Part shown: in pieces, positions 8,735 to 18,151 of the stretch
How positions within the stretch are numbered: the first letter of the stretch is position 1
Layout: each line of letters starts with the position of its first letter
Origin: Luteitalea sp.
Lineage (GTDB): Bacteria > Acidobacteriota > Vicinamibacteria > Vicinamibacterales > CAVVIG01
Direction: 5' to 3'
DNA length: 64,000 nt
NCBI GenBank assembly: GCA_009380045.1
Contig: WHSN01000001.1
Coordinates: 27,753-91,752 of the forward strand
The notes under the pieces: model-generated
The model's input: only the letters and a program-made list of their open reading frames with translations
What the model was told of the DNA's origin: nothing
Databases searched by the model: none
Program-made: the position numbers and the translations under genes

Positions 8735-11668
8735 TCAGAACGTGAGTTGGCCGCTGAACTGGAGCAGACGCCCTTCGAGGATCTGCGTGGGTCTTGCCCA
8801 CCGTTCCCCGTACGTGTTGACGACGCCCAGGATGGAGCTGGCGTTCAGCACGTTGTAGGCGTCGAAATTCGCCTGGAGGCGCGCCGTCGAACCCACCCTG
8901 AAGATCTTTGTCAGTCGCAGGTCGACTTGCGTGCGCCGGTCTTCGAACCGCGTCTGGGGTGTCCTCAACGGAACCGTTGCGGTGGCGGTGCACACTGCCC
9001 GGTTGCCACACGCCGCCAGGTTACGGCCCAACGACCGGGCGATCTCGGCGGTGGACACGGCATAATCCGCCCCAATGGACGGCCCTGACACGTTCTGAAA
9101 CACTCCGGCAATCACCAGATCGCCCGGCAACGGGTAGCTCCCATTCAGCTTGAGATCGGTCAGCGCCTTGAACGGCGTGACGACACGGCAGTTCAAGAGC
9201 TGCTGCGGCGAGTCGATCACAAAGCAGTTGTCGTTCACCGAGCGGCCGGTGTCGAGCCCTCCGGCAAGCCGCAGGCCCGAGGCGAACCGCGCGTTGAAGC
9301 TGACGTTGAAAAAGTCCGATGACTGCTTCCACTCCCCGTAGTGCGATGCCTGCGTGACGACGTTGTCGACCTGACCGAACCGGTTCGGGTTGATGTCGTA
9401 GAGGCCGCAGACCTGATAGCCGCCGCCGTCGGGTAGTCGCGCATCGACCGGCGCGCTGACACAGTACGGATCGTAGTCCGCGGGAGTGACCGCCAGGTTG
9501 TCGGTCACCGACAGGTTGCGTCGCCAGTTTCGGTAGTAGCCTCCGGCCACCGACACTCCAGGACGGAGCTCCTGTTGAACTTCCGCGGCGACGTCCCACA
9601 GGTAGTCGCGGACGGCGAAGCCGCGAAGCACATCTTCGGCGTACCGAGTCGCCCGCGGGTTGTTCTGCCCGAAGTTGCTGTCCGAAATCGTTCCGCACTC
9701 TCCGTTGGCGACGAAGTTCCTCAAATCGCAGTCCGGGATGTAATTCCGGTTGACGTCGCTCCACGTGCGCGTCACGCTGCTCACCGACGTGTTGATCGGG
9801 TTCGCCAGCTGGGCGATGTTCGTCCCGGTCTTGCCCACATACCGCCCCCAGGACATTTTCAGCGCAGTTCGGCCGTTGCCGAAGAGATCGTATGACGCGC
9901 CAGCCCGCGGGCTCAGGTCCCACCAGCAAGGGAGGCAATCCACTCGATCGAGGTGACGCTCGGCCAGGAACTGAGTGGCCGGCAAAGGCTGTTCAGGCAC
10001 GTAGGCACGGAGGTAATCGAACCGCACGCCATAGTTCAACGTCAGGCGCTTGAGGGTCCATTGATCCTGCGCGTAGAGCCCGAGATCCGGCATCAGGCTC
10101 TGCTCCTGGACCCACGGTGTGGCCCACTGGGTCAGACTCGACGGCAGGCCGTTCAAGAACGTGTAGTTCACATCACCATGGACGATTTGCTGGGTCGTCT
10201 GAGGCGCTTCCTCCGTCTGCAGGCCCACTTTGAATGCATGGGAGCCGGTGATATAGGACACGGAGAACCGCTGGGCATAGCGGCTGGTGTTGTTGATGGT
10301 CCGGTAGCGGACCGCCGCGTTGTAGCGGAAGTTGGTGGATAGCTCCAAGGTCGAAATGTCGGTGGTCCGCACCTCGGTGTCTTCGTACGGCAGCGGGAAC
10401 GTCGGCCAGTGATTGATGTGCCACGACGCGCCAGCCTCGATCAGGAGCCGCTGGGTCACGGGCGAGCTCCAGGTGACCTGGTACAGCCCCATCGGCCAGA
10501 AGTCGAACCCCTCAATCGTCTCAGGCGCATTCTCCAGTGAAGGCTGAAAGCCGCCGCTCACGTTGTGCTGCGTGTCGGTGAAGACACTCACCTTGTTCTT
10601 CGCCGAGGCTTGCCACGTCAAGCGGGCGCCGTGGGCCCACAGCTGCTCCTTGCGGTACGCCGGGCGATCCAGGTCCGGCTCGTAGAATCCCGTACCCTGA
10701 ATCCTGTTCCAGAACGAGCCTGCCCACTGATTGTTGGTGCCGGTGTACCGGCTCGTGGCGAAGAACCACAGCCGGTTCCTCTTGATCGGACCGCCCAGGC
10801 TCGCCGATCCGTCGTAGGCATTCAGGACTTTGTTCACGGTGGTCAGACCGCGGGAGCGCAGCTCGTCGCTCAAGTTGTCGCTCATCAGGCTGTCGTTGGT
10901 GTACAGCCCGAAGGAGCTGAACCTGAACGTGTTGCCCCCCTCTTTCGGAATGACGTTGGACCTGAAGCCCGCGACGTTGCTTTCGGCCGAGGCACCGCCG
11001 GTTTCGAGCGTCATTTCTTCGACGTTCGCCCCGGCGACGATGTAGCTGACCGCTCCGTCACCCGCGTTCGTGTTGAGGATCGACATGCCGTCAAAGAGCA
11101 CCTTCCCCCCGACCTTGCCGTGGTAGCTGTTGAGGTTGCCCGCAGAACTGTAGACGCCGAGCGAGGCCGAGCCGACACCAGACGATCCGGTGAGTCCAGG
11201 GGTGATGGCGAGAAACGTGCTGCCGACGGCCTTGGTGCTGGTCGGCAACAGGTCGAGAACCTCGGCGGATACGGTCTGCTGCTGCCGCACGTTCTGCGTG
11301 TCGACCAGCGGGGCCGCCCCGCTCACGGTGATTGTCTCCTCGAGGGACCCGACCTGCAGATCCGCGTTCACCGTCGCCGTGAACCCAGCGGTCAGTTGGA
11401 TACCCTCCCGTTTGACGGTGTTGAAGCCGGTCAACGCGAACGTGACGACATAGGCGCCGGGCCGTAGACCGACGATGTTGTACCGGCCTTCGCCGTCCGT
11501 CACGACCGTGCGGGTCTTTTCGATGAGAGCGGGGCTGGCCGCCTCCACCATGACGCCCGGCAGCACCGCGCCAGACGTGTCTCTGACTGCGCCGGCAATC
11601 CCGCTTTCCTGCTGCGCCATCGCAGCTGGCGCCGCCAGCAGCAGATATGCCAGGGCCGTCACTCTCAT
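8735..11668 (-). CDS. TonB-dependent receptor with N-terminal carboxypeptidase-regulatory-like domain
   Basis: ORF 8735..11692 has a signal peptide (MRVTALAYLLLAAPAAMAQQ), a CarboxypepD_reg-like segment (GIAGAVRDTSGAVLPGVMVEA...GRYNIVGLRPGAYVVTF) and a long beta-barrel ending in ...LLQFSGQLTF. The start is 11668 or 11692. Confidence 0.85.
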   Translation of the reverse strand: MRVTALAYLLLAAPAAMAQQESGIAGAVRDTSGAVLPGVMVEAASPALIEKTRTVVTDGEGRYNIVGLRPGAYVVTFALTGFNTVKREGIQLTAGFTATVNADLQVGSLEETITVSGAAPLVDTQNVRQQQTVSAEVLDLLPTSTKAVGSTFLAITPGLTGSSGVGSASLGVYSSAGNLNSYHGKVGGKVLFDGMSILNTNAGDGAVSYIVAGANVEEMTLETGGASAESNVAGFRSNVIPKEGGNTFRFSSFGLYTNDSLMSDNLSDELRSRGLTTVNKVLNAYDGSASLGGPIKRNRLWFFATSRYTGTNNQWAGSFWNRIQGTGFYEPDLDRPAYRKEQLWAHGARLTWQASAKNKVSVFTDTQHNVSGGFQPSLENAPETIEGFDFWPMGLYQVTWSSPVTQRLLIEAGASWHINHWPTFPLPYEDTEVRTTDISTLELSTNFRYNAAVRYRTINNTSRYAQRFSVSYITGSHAFKVGLQTEEAPQTTQQIVHGDVNYTFLNGLPSSLTQWATPWVQEQSLMPDLGLYAQDQWTLKRLTLNYGVRFDYLRAYVPEQPLPATQFLAERHLDRVDCLPCWWDLSPRAGASYDLFGNGRTALKMSWGRYVGKTGTNIAQLANPINTSVSSVTRTWSDVNRNYIPDCDLRNFVANGECGTISDSNFGQNNPRATRYAEDVLRGFAVRDYLWDVAAEVQQELRPGVSVAGGYYRNWRRNLSVTDNLAVTPADYDPYCVSAPVDARLPDGGGYQVCGLYDINPNRFGQVDNVVTQASHYGEWKQSSDFFNVSFNARFASGLRLAGGLDTGRSVNDNCFVIDSPQQLLNCRVVTPFKALTDLKLNGSYPLPGDLVIAGVFQNVSGPSIGADYAVSTAEIARSLGRNLAACGNRAVCTATATVPLRTPQTRFEDRRTQVDLRLTKIFRVGSTARLQANFDAYNVLNASSILGVVNTYGERWARPTQILEGRLLQFSGQLTF

Positions 11669-11897
11669 CGCTGCGCTGTGTGCGGGCAACATAACGTCCT
11701 CCCTGAAGTAATCTCAAAGTCGTGACTTCGAGCTCTCACAGCGCCCGACGAGACTGCGCCAGAAGCTGCCGGACGGCATCAACCGAAAGCGCATGCGAGG
11801 ATGGACGTGGAGCGACGCCGGCTCGTTCCGGATAGCGGGCCCCACCTCCCGCGGTCAGGATTCGGTTGTGGTACTCGATCGTTGCAGCTTTGTCAAC

Positions 11898-11959
11898 GGC
11901 ATCGACACGGCATCGACACGCCTTCGCGCGTGAACGGCGTGTTGACGATCATCGACAAC
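11898..11959 (+). promoter_or_regulatory. Candidate operator: 11-nt direct repeat plus 19-bp near-palindrome upstream of the CoA-transferase gene
   Basis: GGCATCGACAC occurs twice in perfect tandem (11898-11919). GTTGACGATCATCGACAAC (11941-11959) pairs at 8 of 9 positions. CATCGACA occurs three times. The palindrome ends 38 nt upstream of ATG 11998. Confidence 0.35.
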
Positions 11960-11997
11960 GCGCCGCCGAAAGGTTTCGCAGGAAGTCAGGAGCGGTC

Positions 11998-13182
11998 ATG
12001 CCACCACTTGATGGATTGAAAGTCGTCGACCTGACGCGGGTTCTCGCCGGCCCGTTCTGCGCCATGCTCCTCGGCGACATGGGCGCGGACGTCATCAAAG
12101 TGGAGGAGCCGACCGACGGCGACGATGCGCGGATGTGGGGGCCCTTCGTCGGCGCGTGGAGCGCGTACTTTCTCGGGGTGAATCGGAGCAAGCGGAGTCT
12201 CGCGCTGGATCTGAAGACGCCGTTCGGCGTGAAAGTGCTGCGGACGCTGTTGATGCAAGCCGATGTGCTCATCGAGAACTTCAAACCCGGCAGCCTGGAC
12301 AACCTGGGGTTCGGATTCGAGGCCGTCCACGCGATGAACCGCCGGCTGGTCTATTGTTCGATCAGCGGGTATGGCCGTACCGGACCGCGGCGTCACCTCA
12401 CCGGGTACGACCCGGTCGTCCAGGCCGAGTCGGGGTTCATGGACATCACCGGCACAGCCGATGGTCCTCCGGTTCGGACCGGCGTCGCCACCACCGACTA
12501 CATGGCCGGGTTGTATGCCCTGAGCGGCATCCTGCTGGCGCTCCGCGATCGCGACCGCACCGGCGAGGGACAGCAGGTTGACATCGCGCTGTTCGACTCG
12601 ATCCTGTCCATGCTGTCGATGCCAGCCGGCATCGTCCAGGCAACCGGGCAGACGCCGAAGCGGATGGGCAACGACCACTCGTCGATCGCGCCCTACGAAG
12701 TGCTGAATGCCAGTGACGGCATGCTGATGATCGCGGCGGCAAACGGACGGTTGTGGACCAGGTTGTGCGAGGCGGTCGATGCGTCGCATCTCGCCACCGA
12801 CCCGCGGTTTGCGACCAACAGTGGCCGGGTGAAGAACCGGGCGGAGCTCAAGCAGGCGCTCGAGCAGGCGTTCGCGCCATTCACCGTCGCCGCGCTGCTC
12901 GAACGGTTGCAGCGCCACGGCGTGCCCAGCGGACGGGTGCGCACCGTGCCGGAGGCGCTCGCCGATCCGCAGGTCGGCGCGCGACAGATGCTCATCGCGT
13001 TCGGCGATTCCGAGCTCGGCGACTTCAAGGTGCTGGGGAACCCAATCAAGCTGTCGCGCAACCCCGCAAACCTGTCCCGCCAGCCACCGAAGCTCGGGGA
13101 ACACACACAGGCGATCCTCGAGGAGCTCGGCATCACCGACAACGGCGTCGTGGGACAGACCCGGCCGGAGGACACGAACTGA
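11998..13182 (+). CDS. CaiB/BaiF family (class III) CoA-transferase
   Basis: ORF 11866..13182. The start is ATG 11998 after AGGAGCGG (MPPLDGLKVVDLTRVLAGPFCAMLLGDMGADVIKVEEP), which is the typical family N-terminus. Confidence 0.85.
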   Translation: MPPLDGLKVVDLTRVLAGPFCAMLLGDMGADVIKVEEPTDGDDARMWGPFVGAWSAYFLGVNRSKRSLALDLKTPFGVKVLRTLLMQADVLIENFKPGSLDNLGFGFEAVHAMNRRLVYCSISGYGRTGPRRHLTGYDPVVQAESGFMDITGTADGPPVRTGVATTDYMAGLYALSGILLALRDRDRTGEGQQVDIALFDSILSMLSMPAGIVQATGQTPKRMGNDHSSIAPYEVLNASDGMLMIAAANGRLWTRLCEAVDASHLATDPRFATNSGRVKNRAELKQALEQAFAPFTVAALLERLQRHGVPSGRVRTVPEALADPQVGARQMLIAFGDSELGDFKVLGNPIKLSRNPANLSRQPPKLGEHTQAILEELGITDNGVVGQTRPEDTN

Positions 13183-13233
13183 TCTGAGGGCAACCGCAGC
13201 GGTTGTCGTGCCGGGCGAACGACGTGGATCCCC

Positions 13234-13737
13234 TCAGACTCGGCGGGCGGCGTCGATGAAGCGCACCAGGTTGCCGGCGGATGCGAGAAAGCGTTCGAAG
13301 TCCGAGAAGGTGAGCACCAGCGTGGCGGTGTTGATGTTGGGGTGAAACGAGATCCGCAGATGCAAACGGAGGTCCCGGTCGAGGTACAGGCGCACGTGCT
13401 GGTCGATGTCATGAACCAGGCCGAAGGGAGATACCGAGCCCGGCGTCACCCCGAGATACTTTTTCAGACGCTCAGGAGACGCAAAGCTCAGTTTCCCGTC
13501 TCCGATCTGATCGGCAACCGCCCGCAGGTCCGCGCGCTTGGTGTGCGCCAGGATCACCAGGTAGTGCCTGCTCCCTTTCTGGTTGCGGAGAAACAGGTTC
13601 TTGCAATGCGTCGCGTCGATGCCCTGCCAGTGCTCCTCTCCTTCTTCGGCGGTTGCAATTGGCGGGTGCTCGTAACGCTCGAACCCGATGCCAAGCTCGG
13701 TCAGTCGCGCGAGGACCCGCTCTTCCGGGAGAGTCAT
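13234..13737 (-). CDS. ProX/YbaK-type aminoacyl-tRNA editing (deacylase) domain protein
   Basis: ORF 13234..13815. The start is ATG 13737 (MTLPEERVLARLTELGIGFERYEHPP...HCKNLFLRN...VSPFGL). Confidence 0.8.
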   Translation of the reverse strand: MTLPEERVLARLTELGIGFERYEHPPIATAEEGEEHWQGIDATHCKNLFLRNQKGSRHYLVILAHTKRADLRAVADQIGDGKLSFASPERLKKYLGVTPGSVSPFGLVHDIDQHVRLYLDRDLRLHLRISFHPNINTATLVLTFSDFERFLASAGNLVRFIDAARRV

Positions 13738-13816
13738 GAGACCGATTATAGAAGTGCCCGGGTCGCACGACGTGCGCCGCTCGCGTGAGCGCATCAGCGC
13801 CTGGTAGCCCCGCACG

Positions 13817-14689
13817 TCAGCGCCAGGAAAAGAAATAGATCGTCATCGTCCAGGCGACCGCGGTCACGAAGCCTCGGACGACTCGACCACTGAAACGGCG
13901 AGCCAGCGACGCGCCGGCATAGCCGCCGGCGATGCCGCCGGCCACCATCAGCATGCCAGGCCCCCAGGCGACGGTGCCGCTGACGATGAACTCCGCGAGC
14001 GCGACGCCGTTGATCGCCACAGCGAGCACCGACTTGACGCCGTTCATCTCGTGCATGTTGGTCATGCCGGCGATCGCGAGCGACGCCAGCATCATGATCC
14101 CGATGCCCCCGCCAAAATAGCCGCCGTAGGTGGCAATCGCGAGTTGCATGGGGAGAGACCACAGAGGCGGAGGGTGCGGGCCGGGGGATGCGGCATCCGG
14201 CGTGCCTGGCGCCGGGGCCGCCGTGCCGGGCGCGGGGTGCGGATCGCGCGATCCGGGTGGCGGAGCACTGGTCGCGCCAGTCGTGGCGCGGCGCGGTGCG
14301 GGAGCGACTCGGCCCAGGGTCCGCAGGCGCGCGGTGAAGGGCGTCCCGAACGTGAAGGTCACGGCAGCGAGCAGCATGAGCCAGGGCAGGAGTCGCAGAA
14401 AACTGGCGTCCGACGTCCTCACCAGCAGCAGCCCGCCCAGGAACCCGCCAATCAGACTGACCCCGCCGAGCCTCATCAGCCAGTGGCGTGCAACGGCGGC
14501 CTCGCGCCGATAGGCCACAGCGCTTGCCAACGACCCGGGCCACAGCGCCAACGTCGTCGTCGCGTTCGCCGCCACTGGCGGGACACCGGCAAAAAGCAGC
14601 GCTGGCAGCACGATGAACGATCCGCCGCCGGCCACCGCGTTCAATGCGCCGCCGACAAACGCGGCAACGACCAGAAACAGGGACGTCAC
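13817..14689 (-). CDS. TSUP (TauE/SafE) family anion exporter with Pro-rich central insertion
   Basis: ORF 13817..14689 shows the two TSUP half-repeats (GALNAVAGGGSFIVLPALLF... and YGGYFGGGIGIMML...), separated by a roughly 50-aa Pro/Ala/Gly-rich loop. Confidence 0.8.
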   Translation of the reverse strand: MTSLFLVVAAFVGGALNAVAGGGSFIVLPALLFAGVPPVAANATTTLALWPGSLASAVAYRREAAVARHWLMRLGGVSLIGGFLGGLLLVRTSDASFLRLLPWLMLLAAVTFTFGTPFTARLRTLGRVAPAPRRATTGATSAPPPGSRDPHPAPGTAAPAPGTPDAASPGPHPPPLWSLPMQLAIATYGGYFGGGIGIMMLASLAIAGMTNMHEMNGVKSVLAVAINGVALAEFIVSGTVAWGPGMLMVAGGIAGGYAGASLARRFSGRVVRGFVTAVAWTMTIYFFSWR

Positions 14690-14947
14690 AGCGGGACCAC
14701 CGACCGGAGTCCCTTCACATCCGCTCCTCTATTCCGGCAGCGACTTGCGACCGACGCCGTAGGAAGCTCGAGAGGTCTACTTGGAGCCAAGCTGTTGTGG
14801 TGTCACCCTGGATTCCGGAGCGCGGCGCCGGATGGCAAGGCGCGACGACCGAGCCTACACCGGAAGCGTGTGAGCACGTGAGAGAAGCCCCTTTGCGAGG
14901 ACGCTCGGGCAGCGCCGCCGCCCGATCCCGAACGGCGCGAGCCGGCG

Positions 14948-17900
14948 CTACTCGCGTTTCCGCCGCACGCTCTTGACCACCACGTAGAGCACCGGAATGA
15001 AGGCCAGATTCAGGAACGTCGACAGGACCATCCCCCCGGCGACCGTCGTGCCGACGGAATGACGAGCCTCCTGACCGGCGCCGCTGGCGAAGACCAGCGG
15101 CATCACGCCGAGAATGAACGCGAGCGAGGTCATGAGGATCGGCCGCAGACGGATGCGCGCGGCCTCGATGGCCGCGTCCACGACGCTCATCCCCCGGCCC
15201 CGCAGCTGTTCGGCGAACTCGACGACGAGAATGCCGTTCTTGGCCGAGAGGCCAATCAGCATGACGAGGCCGATCTGGCAGTAGACGTCGTTGATCAGCC
15301 CTCGGCTCCACTGGGCGACGAGCGCCCCGAGGATGGCGAGCGGCACCGACAGCAGGATGATGAAGGGCAGCGTGAGGCTCTCGTACTGCCCGGCAAGCGT
15401 CAGGTAGACGAGCAGCAAGCCGAGCCCGAAGATCGCCAGCGACTGCTGGCCGGCCCGCAGCTCCTCGAGCGACAGGCCCGACCACGAGAAGGTCATGCCT
15501 TGCGGCAGCGTCGCGCTCGACAGCTGCTCCATCGCCTGGAGCGCCTGGCCGGAGCTGAAACCGGGAGCGGCCGATCCGATGATCTCGGCCGACCGAAACA
15601 GGTTGTAGTGCATGATCGTCTTCGGCGCCGTCGTCTCGGTCACCTCGACGAGGTTGCTGAGCGGCATCATCCGTCCGTCCGCTGTCCGCACCGACAACCG
15701 TTCGATGTCCTGAGGCGCGGCGCGGAACTGCTGGTCGGCTTGCACGTAGACGCGGTACGACCGGTTGTTGAAGTCGAAGTCGTTGACGTAGGCCGAGCCG
15801 AGCAGCACCTGCATCGTCCCGGTGATGTTGAGCAGCGACATGCCCAGGGTCTTGACCTGCTCGCGATCGATCTTCACCGCCAGCTGCGGGTCGTTGGCGG
15901 TGAACTGCGTGAACAGCCCGGCGAGCCCCGGCGTTTGATTGCCGCGGGCGATGATCTGGTTCGCCGCGGTCTCGAGGTTCGTAATCGGCCCGCCGCTCTG
16001 ATCGAGCAGCTCGTAGGTGAAGCCGCCGAACTGGCTCAGCCCGGCGATCGCGGGCGGCAGGAACGGAATCACCGTCGCGCCGGCGATCTGGCTGAAGGCG
16101 CCGAACATCCGCCTGACCAGCGCCGGCGCCGACTGTTCCGGACGGCCCCGTTCCTCGAACGGTTTCAGGCTCAAGAACAGGATGCCCTGGTTGGGGGCGG
16201 TGCCGGTGAAGCCGAATCCGCCGGCCGCGAAGACGCGATCGGTCTCCGGGATCTTCCGTATCGCATCCTCGACCTGCCTGACGATGTCCATCGTGTAGTC
16301 GAGCGACGCCCCCTGCGGCCCCTGGATCAGCACCATCACGTAGCCCTGATCCGCCTCGGGCACGAAGCCGGTGGGCACGCTTCGATACACCCAGTAGGTC
16401 GCACCCAGCAGAGCGACGAATACCAGCGCGACGACCAGCCGCGCCCGGATCAGCACCCGGAGCGCCGATACCAGCATCGACGTTCCGCCGTCGATGACGC
16501 GGTTGACGGCGCGGAAAAACATGCCTTTGGGCCTGGCGGCCTTGCCCAGAAGCAGTCCCGCCAGTGCCGGCGTCAGCGTCAGGGCGTTGAAGGCGGAGAT
16601 CGCCATCGAGAAGGCGATGGTGAGCGCAAACTGCTGATAGAGCCGCCCGGTGGTGCCCGGAAAAAAGGCGACCGGCACGAAGACCGCCCCGAGGACGAGC
16701 GCCGTCGCAATGACGGCGCCGGTCACCTCCGCCATCGCCGCCGATGCCGCCTGGCGCGCCGTCCGGTGGTAGTCGTGAATATGCCGCTCGATGTTCTCGA
16801 TGACGACAATCGCATCGTCGACCACGAGGCCGGTCGCGAGCGTGACGCCGAAGAGCGTCAGCGTGTTAATCGAGAAGCCGAACAGCTTGACGAAGGCAAA
16901 CGTCCCGATCAGCGACACCGGAATCGTGATCGCGGGAATCAGCGTCGTCCGCCAGTTCTGCAGGAAGAGGAACATGACCAGGACGACCAGGGCGATCGCT
17001 TCGAGCAGCGTCGTGATCACCTCGCGGATCGATTCGGCGACCACGGTGGTGGTGTCGAACGCGATTTCGACCTTCAGCCCGGGCGGATAGCGACGCGAGA
17101 GCCGTTCGAGGGTCGCCTGCACGTCACGAAACACCTGCAGGGAGTTCGCGGTCGGAAGCTGCAGGACACCGAAGCCGATCGCGTCCCGTCCGTTGTAGCG
17201 CGCGGATTGGGAATAGCTCTCGGCGCCGAGCTCGGTGCGGCCGACGTCGCGGACGCGGACCAGCCCGCCGTCGGGCATCCGTTTCACGATGATGTCGTCG
17301 AACTGTGAAGGCTCGACGAGCCGGCCTTCGGCGCGGACGCTGATCTGATAGCTCTGGCCGCTCCGCTGTGGCGGCGCGCCGACCTGCCCGGCCGCGACCT
17401 GGACGTTCTGCTCGCGCAGCGATGACACCACCTCGTCCGCGGTGACACCGCGACCGGTCAGCCGGTTCGGATCGAGCCAGAGACGCATCGCGTAGCGCCG
17501 CTCGCCGAAGACGAAGATGTCGCCGACGCCGGGCACCCGTTTCAGCTCGTCACGGATGAACCGATCGACGTAGTTGCTGACGAAGGCGATGTCGTACTCG
17601 TCGTTCTCGGCGAACGCTCCCGCCGCGAGCACGAAGTTGCTCGACACCCTGGTCACCGAAATGCCGACGGCGTTCACTTCGTTTGGCAGCCGTCCGGTCA
17701 CCTGTGATATCCGGTTCTGCACGTCGACGGCCGCGATATCCAGGCTTCGAGCGAGGTTGAAGGTGACGGTGATCGTGCAGGTGCCGTCGCTGCCGCTCGA
17801 CGACGTCATGTACTGCATGCCCTCGATGCCGTTGAGCGCCTGCTCGAGAGGGTTGGTCACGGCGGTCTCGACCGTTTGCGCGTCGGCGCCGTTGTAGAAC

Positions 17901-18043
17901 GCGATCACCTGCACCTGTGGCGGGGCGAGCTCTGGAAACTGCGCGATCGGCAGCGTCGGAATCGCCGTCGCGCCGGCCAGGATGATGACCAGCGAGCACA
18001 CGCTGGCGAGGATGGGGCGGCGGATGAAGGTGTCTACAAACAC
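14948..18043 (-). CDS. RND (HAE1/AcrB-like) efflux transporter permease
   Basis: ORF 14948..18043 encodes 1031 aa with a typical AcrB-family N-terminus (FVDTFIRRPILASVCSLVIILAG) and a 12-TM architecture. The start codon is GTG. Confidence 0.95.
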   Translation of the reverse strand: MFVDTFIRRPILASVCSLVIILAGATAIPTLPIAQFPELAPPQVQVIAFYNGADAQTVETAVTNPLEQALNGIEGMQYMTSSSGSDGTCTITVTFNLARSLDIAAVDVQNRISQVTGRLPNEVNAVGISVTRVSSNFVLAAGAFAENDEYDIAFVSNYVDRFIRDELKRVPGVGDIFVFGERRYAMRLWLDPNRLTGRGVTADEVVSSLREQNVQVAAGQVGAPPQRSGQSYQISVRAEGRLVEPSQFDDIIVKRMPDGGLVRVRDVGRTELGAESYSQSARYNGRDAIGFGVLQLPTANSLQVFRDVQATLERLSRRYPPGLKVEIAFDTTTVVAESIREVITTLLEAIALVVLVMFLFLQNWRTTLIPAITIPVSLIGTFAFVKLFGFSINTLTLFGVTLATGLVVDDAIVVIENIERHIHDYHRTARQAASAAMAEVTGAVIATALVLGAVFVPVAFFPGTTGRLYQQFALTIAFSMAISAFNALTLTPALAGLLLGKAARPKGMFFRAVNRVIDGGTSMLVSALRVLIRARLVVALVFVALLGATYWVYRSVPTGFVPEADQGYVMVLIQGPQGASLDYTMDIVRQVEDAIRKIPETDRVFAAGGFGFTGTAPNQGILFLSLKPFEERGRPEQSAPALVRRMFGAFSQIAGATVIPFLPPAIAGLSQFGGFTYELLDQSGGPITNLETAANQIIARGNQTPGLAGLFTQFTANDPQLAVKIDREQVKTLGMSLLNITGTMQVLLGSAYVNDFDFNNRSYRVYVQADQQFRAAPQDIERLSVRTADGRMMPLSNLVEVTETTAPKTIMHYNLFRSAEIIGSAAPGFSSGQALQAMEQLSSATLPQGMTFSWSGLSLEELRAGQQSLAIFGLGLLLVYLTLAGQYESLTLPFIILLSVPLAILGALVAQWSRGLINDVYCQIGLVMLIGLSAKNGILVVEFAEQLRGRGMSVVDAAIEAARIRLRPILMTSLAFILGVMPLVFASGAGQEARHSVGTTVAGGMVLSTFLNLAFIPVLYVVVKSVRRKRE

Positions 18044-18054
18044 AGGGAATGGGT

Positions 18055-18099
18055 ATCTGCGATCTGCGATGAGGCGATCTGTGATCCGGCGATGTGCGG
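18055..18099. repeat. Tandem 7-8-nt repeat array (ATCTGCG-like, ~6 units)
   Basis: Read directly: ATCTGCG ATCTGCG ATGAGGCG ATCTGTG ATCCGGCG ATGTGCGG. It lies in the spacer between the MFP stop (18152) and the RND permease start (18043). Confidence 0.8.
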
Positions 18100-18106
18100 C
18101 CCGGTC

Positions 18107-18150
18107 AACGGCAATGTGGTGAACGGCAATCTGGCCAACGGCGTTCGGCG
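18107..18150. repeat. Tandem 15-nt repeat (AACGGCAATNTGGNN, 3 units)
   Basis: Read directly: AACGGCAATGTGGTG AACGGCAATCTGGCC AACGGCGTTCGGCG, directly after the MFP stop codon on the minus strand. Confidence 0.8.
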
Positions 18151-18151
18151 A

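Noticed and set aside
11693-11860. Cobalamin riboswitch in the leader of the TonB-dependent receptor.
   Set aside because: On the minus strand I found no B12-box-like GCCACTG core and no conserved riboswitch stems.
13183-13238. Bidirectional terminator between the CoA-transferase and proX-like genes (TCTGAGGG...CCCTCAGA 8-bp inverted repeat; inner CAACCG-CAG-CGGTTG hairpin).
   Set aside because: The stems are short, there is no U-tract on either strand, and the outer arm overlaps the proX-like stop codon. The evidence is too weak to call a feature.
15059-17308. Very long ORFs antisense to real genes (e.g. 15059..17308 +, 60536..62689 -, 362..1600 -, 1322..2350 +, 19285..20136 -, 22885..23949 -).
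   Set aside because: Their translations are Arg/Pro/Gly/His-rich low-complexity sequences with no recognisable domains, and they overlap confidently identified genes on the other strand. This is the expected stop-codon-poor artefact of high-GC DNA.
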